Source of the DNA: Antedon mediterranea
Lineage: Eukaryota > Animalia > Echinodermata
Reading direction: 5' to 3'
Assembly: GCF_964355755.1 (NCBI RefSeq)
Contig: NC_092677.1
Span: forward strand, 9,198,101-9,262,100
Length of the DNA: 64,000 nt
Part shown: piece by piece, positions 1 through 12,994 of the stretch
How positions within the stretch are numbered: the stretch's first letter is position 1
Layout: each line of letters starts with the position of its first letter
Translations under genes and position numbers: made by a program
The notes under the pieces: model-generated
Seen by the model: the letters and a program-made list of their open reading frames with translations, nothing else
The model's database searches: none
Told to the model about the DNA's origin: nothing

Positions 1-77
1 ATTTGAAAAATTGGTTGGTGAAGTCTCCCTCCCAAGCTGTAGCTTTGTGGTTAACATGCTTGCCGTCCAATCCCAAG

Positions 78-214
78 GACCTAGTGCCAGGATTTAATCC
101 TGACCTAGTGCCAGGGTTCAATCCTGACCTAGTGCCAGGGTTCAATCCTGACCTAGTGCCAGGGTTCAATCCTGACCTAGTGCCAGGGTTCAATCCTGAC
201 CTAGTGCCAGGGTT
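78..214 (+). repeat. 24-bp minisatellite (GACCTAGTGCCAGGGTTCAATCCT, about 5.7 copies) inside a tRNA-headed SINE-like sequence (about 36-277)
   Basis: Near-perfect head-to-tail units. They are preceded by an A-box-like TAGCTTTGTGGTT, each unit contains the B-box-like GGGTTCAATCC, and an A-rich tail (aaataaataaataaaa) follows at about 261-277. Confidence 0.8.
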
Positions 215-289
215 GTAACTCACAACTCTTTCAACTGTTGCACGCTGTTGGATGCGTATGAAATAAATAAATAAAAGAAATATTTTCAG

Positions 290-1316
290 AGTTGTCATCA
301 ATGATCTTCAAATCAAAATATTCAAATTGACACCAGAACAAGTTGAAGATGGAGAAGTAAGGCGACGCATTGTGCAGACCATCATCTGGTTCAGTCTGTC
401 ACTTATCTTGGCTTTGTTCATTCCAAGTATTGGTGTGGTGATATCGGTTATCGGTGGCCTGGCAGCAGTCTTTATATTTATATTTCCTGGTAAGCATTTG
501 TTAGTTGGATGATGATACCTACTGACCTTTGACCTGATATTGTTTTCTCATTGATGATAGAATTGACATTATAAATCCATATAAGGACAGATTGGATTTG
601 ATTTTGAGGCAGAAACGTTTTTTGTACATACTCATACAGTACAGTTTGGTTATTCCACCAATGATCTAAGTCAAAGTTATAGATGTAATCATTTTAGTAA
701 TGGCTAACATTTAATACTTAGAGAAGTGTAACCTATTAATGAGCACAGTTCTCCATGTTTTTGCATGTTTGAACTTTCTTAAACCAATGTACATCGACAG
801 AGGGGTCATAGTCATATTCAAGAGTGGGCCAATGGTAGAGATGATAAACTATGTCATCCTTTGACAAAAACAAATAGGTTTAACAACACCTTTATTCCCT
901 CTTCAATTTGTCTCTTTAACAAACAATTTGTAAGATAATTACTGTAATTACTTTTAATGAACTGTACATAGGCCTACAATATATTTGACTTGTGTCTATC
1001 TTTTTTTTATTGATGTTTTATATGGTGTTTTTATTACGAATGTAACGGGGAGCTGAGTCTCACATTTTATAATTATTTTGTGACAATAAATGATATCTAT
1101 GTCTATGCTTAATCTCTCACCAACCAATTGATTTTTTTTTCTCTAGGTTTGTGTATGATTGAGTATGCAATGCATTATTATGATGGCAGTATTCGTCGAA
1201 AGCACCTGCTGATTGGATGTGGCATTGCCTGGGTTGGGTTGGGGACGTTTATTCTAGGCGAAAGCACAACGCTATCTATCATGGATGATGTCAATGGTGT
1301 CACCTTAGCTTGCTGA
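290..1316 (+). CDS. SLC38A7: Sodium-coupled neutral amino acid transporter 7 (SNAT7)-like, last two coding exons; gene begins upstream of the window
   Basis: Exons 290-489 and 1147-1316 with AG/GT boundaries join in frame to give ...[21 protein letters not shown]|LCMI...GLGTFILGESTT, matching the recalled SLC38A7 C-terminus ([22 protein letters not shown]...LGAFIFGQTT). Confidence 0.85.
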
Positions 1317-2332
1317 TAAACTATGAAGTTAAACCACTCAGCTTACAGAATATTCCCATCAAGAAGGAAGTTCTTTTTAGCTGAAGTATAGGTGGATCAG
1401 GTTGGTGGCAAAAGTGGTGTAGAAATGGTGGAACTAACATATACATGAACTTCTCCAACCAAATGGAAAGATTGTAGTGATCCACTTCATTTGTGTGAAA
1501 TATACTGTATGGTATTGGTAAAAGACGGGAGGACCTTCATTCATCAATACAGAGATATGTACAAGGACAGCTTCATACCCTCACCTGTGTGCGAGATGAA
1601 AATGGGCCAAATAAATTTGCAAAAATACATTTATTTTAGTTGGGATTGGAGAATTTTGGTCATGAGATGTATTATGAATATTCATATGTTTTTGATTAAC
1701 AATTATTAAGAAAAGTATGTTTTTAATATCTGTTTAATTTAATCATTATATTGAAAAAAAAAAATTAGAAAAAGTTTGTGTATTATACAGTATAAAGAAA
1801 TATTAAATATATTTTTATTATAGGAAAATAAGAAAAAAATAACTCTTTTCATAAAAACTTATTCATTTTGTAGGTAAAATAAAATAATATTTATAATCTC
1901 AAAGACTTTTTGTCAAGCAATGATTGTATTTGAATTAAAAGAAACTTGTATTTGAAAGTTGTATAATATTGAAATAAGCATTTATATTAAATAAATTCAA
2001 TTGTAATACAGTATATAACAAAGACTGTTTATGTATATTATATGTTATTATTTTTTATATGTTGTGACTTATGTTGTTACTGAGCAATAATTAGAAAAAA
2101 TATATATATATAATATTTAAAATGGATTCCAATTTTTCAACATCAGGCATGATAGATCAGGTCATCATAGTTTTGATTTAAAACTTAGAATGTAATCATA
2201 CAGTACTTAAACGAAACCGATACCATAATTTGTATATTTCTTTGAGGCTAATAAAATACAATGGTCACATGATGTTATAGTATTATATTCTGTTTTTTAA
2301 ATGCAATGCACACTTTTTTATCATATTTATCT

Positions 2333-2499
2333 ACAGTAAACTCTCCCAATACTGGAATCTTTGAAAACTCTCCCAAAATCAGACTTTCTTGGTCCTAAAT
2401 TTGTTTTTACTATTAAAAACGCATTCCGAATACCAGACTTTCCAGAAAACAGACGTATTAGGCCAGCCCAACGGTATTGAGAGAGTTGAATCATCTGTA
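2333..2499. mobile_element. Tc1/pogo (Tigger-like) MITE
   Basis: TA-flanked CAGTAAACTCTCCCAATAC ... GTATTGAGAGAGTT..CTGTA. A related copy lies in the opposite orientation at about 54720-54850. Similar TACAGT/TACAAT...ACTGTA elements occur at about 46005-46260, 48816-48996 and 60575-60760. Confidence 0.55.
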
Positions 2500-3527
2500 T
2501 TCTTACAATAATAGATAGAAATTTCAGTAGCGCCTGCTGCTATCTATTATTATTATAATTTATGTTTGAACACAAATCCAAAAATGTTTATAATTTAAAA
2601 TTCACACTCAACATCAACTTTGTTTATTTCCACAAAAATATGTGGTGTGTTTCTAGTGCATTTTTCAGTCTTGTACAATTTGAATTGTAAAGTACTTTAC
2701 ACCAACTACCTGTTTACACCATACAGAATACTATTAAAATAGTAATAATTATATAATAATATAATACAACCTAAAACAATAACCAAAATGTATATCCTAT
2801 ACATTCTACTGTACATAATACTCTCATAATAAATATGAATACATAATAAAAATTGAAACAAATATTTAGTACTTTCAGAATAAATATTTTTGTCTTTTTG
2901 TCTTTTTTATGTTAGTCCATCAGTCAACATTACAATTTTTGTCTCTGAGCTCAAGATTATATGTATGCAATGCAATGTGTGCCAAAATATTTATCTTTTT
3001 ACCATAATTAAGTTGGAATACAGAGAAAAATTTCATTTTAAAATTTTGTTTAGCATTATTGCTAATTAAACTGATTTTTGAGTCAAGAAACATAGTTTTC
3101 TATTGTATTTTTTGCTAAGCAATTTTAGAAATGTATAGCAATAAGGTTGTTTTGTATAGCTTTTTGCTATGCTACACTGGCGAAATTATTCCCTGGAATA
3201 CAGTCTGGAACCTAGACTAATATAATACAAGAAAATGTTTTTCCAGTTAACAACATCTGACATTCTATTACAATCCAAGGAATTTCAAGTTTTTTCATGG
3301 TACTCTACACCGGTCATTTTCTTTCTATCATTAGTTAATCCACCAATCACACGATGATGTTATATCTCTTCTTTGTTTGGGCACATCACACTTTTTTTGT
3401 CAAACTAGTTTGATAGTGTAGGCATGAGCTATAAACCTGACGCCTTTCAGATATCAAAAACTCTCACAAAAGCAGAATTTGAAGATTCCAAAGATATTTG
3501 CAAAGTTGACTTCTACAATATTGTAAA

Positions 3528-6500
3528 TCATTCTGGAACTGGTTCATGATCCTGCCTGTGTTTGCCAACTGCATTTGGATCATGTGGAATCATCATTCTA
3601 TTGGTGTTTTCCGGTGGGCCTGGGTATGGAGGTGGTGGATCAGTTGGTTTCTGTTTAACAGGTGCACTAACGTGGCCTGATGTGGAGGGCTGGTTATTGG
3701 TAGGCTCTACAAGCTTAGGTGGCGAGGCAGACTCCTTTGAATTGCTCTTCCACACAAGGCTTTCTCCTACTTGCAGGGCTGGTCCAAGTTTACTACCAAC
3801 TTCAATCAGCTAAAATACATGCGATATTAAAACATATCTGGTTAATAATCCAGAACATGTAGTAGGAGAAATACTGATAAAGTATATATAGATGTAACTG
3901 AGATTTAATGGCTAACGTAAGATATGTCTAGTGAGTACAGTAATTATTTCAAATTTAAATTTTAAGGTCTGTCTACACTATCAAACTAGTTTGACAAAAA
4001 AAGTGTGATGTGCCTAAATAAGGTAGTGATATGTCCTCGTCCATACATGGCCACATCACATTTTTTTGTCAAATAAAGTTTGACAGTGTAGACAGAGCTT
4101 TAATTTATTAACAATGTATTGTATTAGTAAATAATACATACAATGTAGAGGTATATAGTTCAATTTTAGATAGAGCATTTAATCAAGTAATATTTTATAA
4201 TAAAAAATATAATATACAATCTAATTAAAAATCTACAGTATACCACATACCTCATAATCTATGTTAGAACTCCCAGACGCTTTCAACCGTTCCATTTTGT
4301 TTTCAAAATGAGCAAACTGTTTGGTTGCTGCTTTTCTGTCGCCTTGTTTGTACAGGAACACACAGAAGTTTAGATTTACCGCTGGATCTTTGCTGTGTTT
4401 AAAACAGAGGTATTATTTATTACACATCACTTTATGAAGCAATATAAGACTATGAAAGACTAAAGTGTGGTTCCAACTATAACGCATTGCAACACAGCGA
4501 CATATCAATGCAAAGACTTGTATTGCGTAATTCAAGTGGGAAACCAACAACGCAACAATGCTGCAAACATCGCTAAAGGAAATCAAATCAGTTTGGAAAA
4601 CATAGTACAGCAAATAGCCAAGTATGCAGGTCAAGGTATACAGCAACTAACATTGATGCACAACAAGCAGCTTTGATATCACGTAAGCAGGGGCAAACAC
4701 AATTATTGGAAGGGCATTTTCTTATGTTGCGTAGGTTGCGTTGCATCACTAGTGGAAACTAAGTTTTAAACATATATAAAATATTTGATAAGTTAGTTGG
4801 TTTCCTTTTTAATGCTCTCTCTTATAATGCTTACTTACTCTTCAATTGCTGCTGCTTGTTCATAAGCTTGCCTTGCATTATCAGGATCATCTAGGTTGGT
4901 TAATGTAACTACAAAAAAAAACAGACCTAGTGAAATATCCAAGAAACGGTGACATTGGGAATTGATATCATGTTGGGGAGGATCTATAACTTGATATCAT
5001 GATAAATTTATACCATGAGGGTGATGATGTACATGATATCATGAGAACAATGAACTTGGTATCATATTGATGGGAAGCATGAGAAGTGATATCATGTTGG
5101 TATGATAAATTGATATCATGAGGGTAATTACATACATGATAACATGACGAGGACAATGAACTTGATGTCATATTGATGAATCTTGCTTCCCATCAATATG
5201 ATATATCAAGTATATATATCATGTTGGGATGAATAACTTGATATCATATTGATTGGAAGCATGATGGTGATGAAGTATTTGATATCACGATGGTCTTGAT
5301 ATAATGAGGACAATGAACTTAGAGAGCATGAACTTGATGTTGAGGATGATAAACTTAATAGCATGATGGGGATGATGAACTTGATATCATGATTGAGATG
5401 ATGACCTTGATATCATGTTGGAGATGATGAACTTGATATCATTATGGAGATGACGAACTTGATATCATTATGGAGATGATGAACTTGATACCATGATAGG
5501 GATGATGAACTTGATATCATGACTGAGATGATGAACTTGATATCATGATGTAGATGATGAATTTATCATTATTATCAGCATTTAAAATAAATTTATAATT
5601 CAGAATAAGAACCCAACAAAGTTAAACTTCTCCACAGAATACTTACTCGCAAGCAGCATGTATGTGCCAGCATGCCTAGGACGGATGTTGATAGCAGCAC
5701 TAATGAAGTGGAATGCAGATGCATATTGATGCATGCTAAGGTGTACAAGGCCTAGGTTATACAAAACCTTCCAATCAAATGGAGATAAGTAATTGGCACG
5801 CTTCAGGCTACTTACAGCCTAACAAAAAAGAACAAAATATTTATTTTTTTAAATCTAGGAATAGTAATAAAAAGAAGGAAGTTGGTGTCATCCTCATTTT
5901 GAAAACTTAAATTTTTTGGGAAATCCAACATTATGGAATAGAACCTTGACCGTTTCTAGTGGACATCTATAATTGTACAACTCAAAATCTAAAACAGCAT
6001 CTGAAAAACATATACGGCATAACATAACATACAGCAAAATACTTTTTCCTTCCAAAAAAACACATGCCAATGTTGTTCCAGAGGGCAGCACTTTCTGGGA
6101 CAGCTACAGCGGCAATACGATATTTATTCAGAGCAACATCAAAGTCATTGTGTTCCTGCATCATGCTTCCAGCTGCCAAGATTGCCTGGGAAAGAAAACG
6201 AACGGCAGGAATACATTTATTTGCTTGGAAGAGTTTTTACAAAGTTTCAGTCACTAGTCATAACACTCTAACCCCATTCCAAATGGAGGTCAAAGTTTAC
6301 AACAACATATTTGAAAATATACCTAGTCCTACTTACCTTTACATTTGAAGGGTCGTAGGTCAAAGCATTTCCTAAGTTCTCAAAAGCCTTTTGGTTCTGA
6401 TTGATCTGTAAGAAACAACGGGTGATTCAAATAATGATTTTTAATCCAGAAGCTGAGTTGACATTTAAAAAAAGAAGCCATTTTATTTACTTTAGTGTTT

Positions 6501-9500
6501 ATTTACCTGAAGGTATAATAAGCCAAGAGTTGTCAACAATTCTGGGTTTTCTGGTGAAAATCTGTAAATATTTAAAAACAGTCATAAGTTATATTCATTC
6601 TATGCTACTTCAACCACTTTGTAGGGCTATGTGCAACACTTCAATGGTATGAGAGAATACAAATGTGTGTGCACTGAAATACACAAATGTGTATGCACTG
6701 AAATAAACAAGAGTTATTACATTACAGAGAGAGAGTCAACTTCACAATCACAGCTCAAATAATATTTTTGAGCAGACAATGACCATTTTAAGGATTTATT
6801 GTCCTTTTCAGATCACTTTGATGTTACCCAGTTGACTCTTTACTGAGCCAAACTTACTCTACAGCACGCTTGTAGACATCAATCGCCATGTGGACGTCTC
6901 CCTCCATTAGATATATCTTAGCCAGCATCACATAAGACAAGTCGTGCTTGTTAAAACTTATAGCCTGCTTCAGGCATTCTTTTGCCTTAAAAAAAAATAC
7001 AAGAAACCAGATTTAATTATTTACCAACAGTATCCAAATTCAATAATAACAATAATTTGATAATTAATAATAATTCAGTTTATTATAATATTGACTCTTA
7101 ATAGAATGAGAAGCAATAATGAAATTGCTTTGAATTTGGTCTAACTGCACTAGACTGGATTTTCAATTGTAGTTGCACATTACCCAGATATTTGTGAAAA
7201 AGCTTTAATGTTAAAAGAGCAGAAGGATTGAACAACAATGTTAATGTAGGAGATAGGCGAAATAAGCGAGGGGAAATATATGGTTAAGCACTCCAACCAA
7301 CACCTATATCACTAAAGGCCAATTTACATTCACAGATGAGCGGCAATGGTAAGTGGAAAACATGTAGCTGGTCCCACATAGAATCTGTATCTATCCTGAG
7401 CAGGAACCGTCCGTATGCTCCACGTTGTGTGTATTTAAACAGAAAGAAAAACATAGATTCTATATTTTTATTATTGTTACCACTTGTCTGTGTAAATTGG
7501 TCTTTATAAGGGCCAGGAGGCTTTCTACTGTGTATTTTATGTTATTTATGCACTGCACTTAAACTGTGATACCTTCATAAACTCTTTGAGATACATGTAA
7601 CAAACACCTTGATTGTGACTGATTTCCCAGTCACGTTCACTGACACGGGCAGCTTCGTGGTACACCTCAGTAGCTGCCTTGTGTCTTCCCAATAGAAAAC
7701 TGAAGAAAGAAATATAATAAATTTATAATGATAGTTATCGTATACAACAAAGTCCATCTGTGTAGCACAATTTGCCAGAGCATGGATTATGGATTAGGAA
7801 GCACAAATTCAATTCAATCTTTTATTTCGGAATATTTGGTCCATAGAAAGTAAAATTACGTATCAATTAATAAATAAAAAAACTGTACTACAAGTAATTA
7901 CTACACGCTCTCATCTCAGGATAGAATTCCACCTGGAGAGCATCTTTGACTTATATAAGATGTTGTCTATAACAGTTGAGGCTAAAACATTTTCACTTGA
8001 ATTAATTCTACACATCTGGCCATATATCGATTTTCTTCTCAACTCATTAAAAGAAGGAATTTTACATTCCGTAAACATAAGGCTGGCACTACAATGTGGC
8101 AACAACGTTCTTAACCCATTGTTGTAGCATACCTGAACAGATCACAATGTACCCTGATTATACTGTAGTTGCACCATATGTAGCACAATACATATTTACA
8201 CAATATGTTCTAAATACATTTCGACAGAACACATGCTAAATTTTCTGACCAATGAGTTGGCTCTGATACACAAAGATCTGTAAATTGCCACCAGGTAGGC
8301 TTGCTTCATCAAGGCTTCTATGAATGGATGTACTGGTTGGGAGCAAAAAAGCTAGTAGACCATACCCAGTACCGTTTTGATTACAATCAATCGGGAAATT
8401 ACCTCTTTATATCTAACTCATCACCTAGATCAAAGGAGATATCATGACCAAGGTACAGTATGTAGTTGAATTAACATATTTTGAACTTTTACCATTAATG
8501 GTAATATAGGTTTCAATTGAATCCTATAATTTCTTAGCATTGTAAACTATATCATTGTTGGCTGCAACCCATACAAAAATATTAATTAAATCGATAGGAA
8601 CAGTTTAACTTAGGTCTACTGCTTGTGTGCCATTACTACATAAGGAGGGGGTAGGTATGAAACCTAAACTGCAAAATATTCTGTGATGTACTATTTGTGT
8701 TATAGGTATTGATGTGACTTTCCATAAGTCTATACACTCTACACCCACCCCCTGTCGATCAAGCTGGTTATGAGCCTTATTACAACCAAATACTGCACTT
8801 ACAGAGATCTTCCAACTTGTTTTAAATTTTCTGGATTTTGCGAGTTTATTAGATGACAAGTCTGGAAACATTCTAACGATTCCTGAATCCGACCTTCTTG
8901 CCGAAAAATTAGTGCCTGTACGTAGAGGGCATACTCACACATACCATGCGTCTCGTGAAGCTGCTCCTTGATCAGTGACTGAAATTTAAAAAATGTTTTT
9001 TTTCAGTAATTAATGGAAACGAAAGTATAGTAATTAATTAAAAGACTGTATAGTTACTATATAATTAACCTCTTGGCATCCATTAAATAAAATCTGGGTT
9101 TAACTTTTTTAAAACTTTGTTAAGCCTAACACCTGCGTAATCAACAAATGGAATTCACAACCTAAATGGGTTGTAACCAGTAAAAGTGTTAACTTATAGC
9201 CTCTTTACTTTTCTAAGGTAAGAATCACTACTGCATTATTTACTTTTTTAAATTTATTATAATTATACAACAAACCACTTAGATAAATTACCTTGCATGT
9301 TTCATATTCTTTTCGTACATAATGTAGATGTATAAGCCAGTTTTTTCTCTCAAAAACAGGTATTTCTGGTGCTGTAAAACAAATTGTCATCAATCATTAA
9401 TGCTTTAGAATGTTTTCCAAAAACAGCTTACCATTTATGTCTGGCTGTTGTTATTCTTTCTTATCTGTATTATATTTATTGCAGTTGGCAATTTAGATTA

Positions 9501-10397
9501 GTATCACACACATGAATAATTTAATACAGGTAAAATAGGCATATTTATTGCCTTTTATCATAGGCCATAGAAAATCAAACAACCTTTTCTTGGTCTTGGT
9601 CTTGGCTGTTTTGATGGAACTGCAACTAGAGGAGGAGGTTCACTGACAGCGGGTGGGATCTTTACCGGTTCCTCTACAGCTTGCTATATATATAAAAATA
9701 ATGAAAATAATATAATATTAATAATATAAATAATTAGGTTAAAACATAGGCTGCAATTACTTGCTATTAATAGAATTATTAATCATAAATACAGTAAATT
9801 ATATTAACTATTTATTAATATTATTATAAATGAAAAATAAATTTCTCAGAAGAAAAAAATACACGAAAACAATTAGTTAGGGCCTAGGCCTACTAGTAAT
9901 TAAAGATATATTGTCCCTCTACAATTTTACAGAAGTGAAGAACTTATTAAAACTGCAAAATGGCGTAGGGTATTTAAAGTCTGATTTTATTAATTAATTA
10001 TTAAATCTTAATTTTTAATGTTTTAAGGGGACAACAATATGTCAATGGCCTAGCCTACCTACATCTTTTAATGCAGCAAAACTTAAAAGCTGTTCAGAAT
10101 CCTAATTACTGACAGCTAAACTCAGAGTGGCTCCAAAACGTTTAATCAATAATTAGGCTAGCCTCTCATTAAGCTGGTCTAGGCCTAGGCCTAGTTGTCC
10201 TGGATGGCCTGCTGGTGGTACGGTGGGGTGGGGGCTAGGCCTACCTAGAGGTCAAGCTATCTTTCTAGGCCTAGGATATGAGGCCTACCTAACTAGAGAT
10301 ACCTACCTAGCCTAGCCTACTAGGCCTAGGCCTAGGCCTACTAAAGATTTAGACATCATCTTACCCCCTTTTCACTGTCTTTCTGACCAGAACTCAT
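3528..10397 (-). CDS. BBS4: Bardet-Biedl syndrome 4 protein (BBSome TPR subunit), 13 coding exons
   Basis: Exons 10397-10365, 9683-9584, 9371-9292, 8978-8803, 7699-7573, 6985-6858, 6561-6507, 6405-6337, 6185-6033, 5818-5647, 4908-4839, 4392-4251, 3809-3528. Peptides such as [66 protein letters not shown] and [14 protein letters not shown] match recalled human BBS4. Confidence 0.96.
3965..4101. mobile_element. High-copy MITE (TIR about AGCTCTGTCTACACTATCAAACT, PIF/Harbinger-like); representative copy
   Basis: Inverted ends gtctgtctacactatcaaact / agtttgacagtgtagacagagc with T/A-rich flanks. Other copies or fragments lie at about 3345-3432, 16745-16802, 22882-23004, 24850-24922, 25981-26114, 34706-34726, 39749-39911 and 46070-46240. 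Confidence 0.75.
4461..4768. mobile_element. MITE with GTGGTTCC(A/C)ACTA-type termini and GCAAC/ACGCA internal repeats
   Basis: Ends taaagtgtggttccaacta ... tagtggaaactaagtttta. A related shorter copy lies at about 25243-25398. Confidence 0.5.
4960..5570. repeat. Degenerate 21-bp minisatellite (GATGATGAACTTGATATCATN core) in a BBS4 intron
   Basis: Repeated gatgatgaacttgatatcat units, most homogeneous at 5370-5560. Confidence 0.85.
7316..7505. mobile_element. Small MITE (TIR AGGCCAATTTACA..CAGA)
   Basis: Left end aaaggccaatttacattcacaga; right end tctgtgtaaattggtcttt. Confidence 0.5.
7805..8560 (-). mobile_element. Degenerate 3' end of a LINE (RTE-X/L2-like ORF2 C-terminus)
   Basis: Frameshifted remnants [18 protein letters not shown] / [13 protein letters not shown] / [35 protein letters not shown], followed by AATAAA and a short (TTGAA)-type tail. 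Interrupted by a MITE fragment at about 8250-8404. Confidence 0.7.
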
Positions 10398-10509
10398 AAT
10401 TAAAAGCTAGCTGTAAAAAAACACACGTTAATTTTATCAGCAGTGCTCAGTTAAATGTTATTTGAGACGATAAATCAAGAAAATGAAAAAGAACTAAAAA
10501 AGCATCATG

Positions 10510-10523
10510 ATGTCAATAGCAAC
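10510..10523 (-). promoter_or_regulatory. RFX X-box-like site upstream of BBS4
   Basis: GTTGCTATTGACAT about 115 bp upstream of the ATG, with a strong GTTGCTA half-site. BBS genes are known RFX targets. Confidence 0.5.
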
Positions 10524-11101
10524 CTCTCACTCGACTCATCACTCTTCTAGCTCTCTCTCTCTCCCCACACAAAGGTCACAAACTTTGACATGTGCGTGTG
10601 ACGATCTCTCTAAAAAATATACGGATGGTGAATGCATGACAAATTAAAATTTATTTTGACTGTAGAAAATCACCTAGAATACCCTTTCCGTTTTAATTTG
10701 TGTGATTTTCATATTTTTCAGCTTTTGATTTACACCGTAAGTTTAACAATATTAATGTTAAAAATGTGTAATTAGGTTAGATTAAATATTCAAATTTAAG
10801 TTAAAATCAGGCCCCACGTACCTCTCTTCTCGATCGACCTAACAACAACAGCCTACAGGAACTATTCTATGATGAGGATGTAGGGTGGTCCATTACAGTG
10901 TACTGTATGTGGTAAATAGCCTAGACTAGGCCTTGTCTACGCCTAAATGAAAGGAAATCGCTTAGGAAGCATTAAGTTGGCTAACATTGTGAAACAGGAT
11001 TCATGTTCATGAAGAGAGTTCATTGACATTAATAATAAATTAATACAGTACAGGTAGTTTATTTTTTAGCAGTTTGTAACTACTAGATGGTACGCATCTA
11101 G

Positions 11102-12943
11102 GGAGTATGGTCGAAGCGGCCGCCAACCAAAGCGGCCGCCAGTTTAATATCGTCATTTGTATGGAACGCCATGTGCGCTTTAATCTTTGATTGTGATTGT
11201 TGATTTAAGTTTGCCTGCTTGCCGATAAATCAATGTATATTTTATTTGTATTCACTATTAACTAATACATAGGCCTCTATCGAAATATATTTTGCCGAAT
11301 CTTTATATCTCGTTTACATACTATTGGATCCTTATACAGTAGTATTGCAATAATAATTTACGTATACGGTATTGCCGAATCTTTATATCTCGTTTATATA
11401 CTATTGAATCCTTATACAGTATTGCAATAATAATAATTTACGTACGTTATTGCCGAATCTTTATATCTCATTACATACTATCGAATTTTATACAGTCTTG
11501 CAATAATAATTTACATACGGTATTGCCGAATATTTATATCTCATTTACATTTAACTATCAAATTTTATACAGTATTGCAATAATAATTTACGTACGGTAT
11601 TGCCGAATATTTATATCTCATTTACATTTAACTATCGAATTTTATACAGTATTGCAATAATAATTTACGTACGGTATTGCCGAATATTAATATCTCATTT
11701 ACATACTATCGAATTTTATACAGTATTGCATTAATAATTTACGTACGGTATTGCCGAATCTTTATATCTCGTTTATATACTATCGAATCTTTATACAGTA
11801 TTGCATTAATAATTTACGTATACGGTATTGCCAAATCTTTATATCTCGTTTACATACTATTGAATCTTTATACAGTATTGCAATAATAATTTACGTACGG
11901 TATTGCCGAATCTTTATATCTCATTTTTACATACTATCGAATCTTTATACAGTATTGCATTAATAATTTACGTACGGTATTGCCGAATCTTGATATCTCA
12001 TTTGACATATGTACTATTGAATCTTTATACAGTATTGCATTAATAATTTACGTACGGTAATGCCGAATATTTATATCTTGTTTACATACTATCGAATCTT
12101 TATACAGTATTGCAATAATAATTTACGTACGGTATTGCCGAATATTTATATCTCATTTACAGGTACTATCGAATCTTGGTTTTTATTATTCAATAGTAAT
12201 AGCAGGGAAGAGTTAAATTACACTCTTCCCTGGTAATAAGGTGTGTTATACATTTAAGTGTTATTCCATTGTAATACATTGTTTGTGTTTTCAATAAAGC
12301 AACATGGGACGCGCACCAAATGTGCAGCAGCACTATTGCTGGCCGTCAGTCGAGTTATTAGCAGAAATTCGCGTAATTAATTACCGTATCAAACAGACAC
12401 TTTCATCTTATTTTAGTATTTAAAACTCATTTTCAATTGATCAATATTTAAATATCTGAAGTAATAAAATAGTGTAGAATATTAAATAAATTGCTGTCAT
12501 CATGTTATTGTAATTAAATTATGATTGCGAACACTACTAGTTACTTTACTAATTAATTAATATAAAATAACAAATATTTTTAATTATTAATATATTTATA
12601 TATTTTGATATACTTTATTGATTGGTTTATTTATATAAACACCACAATGTATTTTATAGACTTTATTAAACATATCATTTAGAACAGTTAAAATAAGTAA
12701 TCATCGATTCGCCATTTCGTTTAAAAGAACGTACGCGTATTACATTCAATCTGTAAAAAAAAAGAGAATAAGTTACATAATAATGTAGATTTTTATTTAC
12801 GTCCGAGGTAAAGAAAACCTGTCGAAACAATGACAATCAAAGATTACAAAACAACGACAATCAAAGCGCACACGGCGTTCCATACAGATTACCGTTATTG
12901 AACTAGCGGCCGCTTTAGTTGGCGGCCGCTTCGACCGTAATCC
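11102..12943. mobile_element. Non-autonomous foldback DNA transposon (MULE/Merlin-like GG termini) carrying a satellite
   Basis: Imperfect TIRs of about 100 bp: GGAGTATGGTCGAAGCGGCCGCC... / ...GGCGGCCGCTTCGACCGTAATCC. TSD GCATCTAG at 11094-11101 and 12944-12951. Confidence 0.85.
11290..12177. repeat. About 75-bp tandem satellite, about 12 copies
   Basis: Unit tattgccgaatctttatatctc(a/g)tttacatactatcgaatctttatacagtattgcaataataatttacgtacgg repeated head-to-tail with no unique spacers. Confidence 0.92.
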
Positions 12944-12994
12944 GCATCTAGTAGGTCGTGCCCACAGATGGGTTCTCGAATACACAGTAATTTC

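Noticed and set aside
3-218. ORF encoding (PDLVPGFN)n
   Set aside because: It is a by-product of a 24-bp intronic minisatellite, with a non-ATG start and no splice support.
4960-5570. Box C (RTGATGA) / box D snoRNA cluster
   Set aside because: The motifs arise from a 21-bp minisatellite and lie antisense to the host BBS4 transcript.
11290-12177. Possible CRISPR-like array
   Set aside because: Units are contiguous with no unique spacers, the context is eukaryotic and there are no cas genes. It is a satellite inside a transposon.
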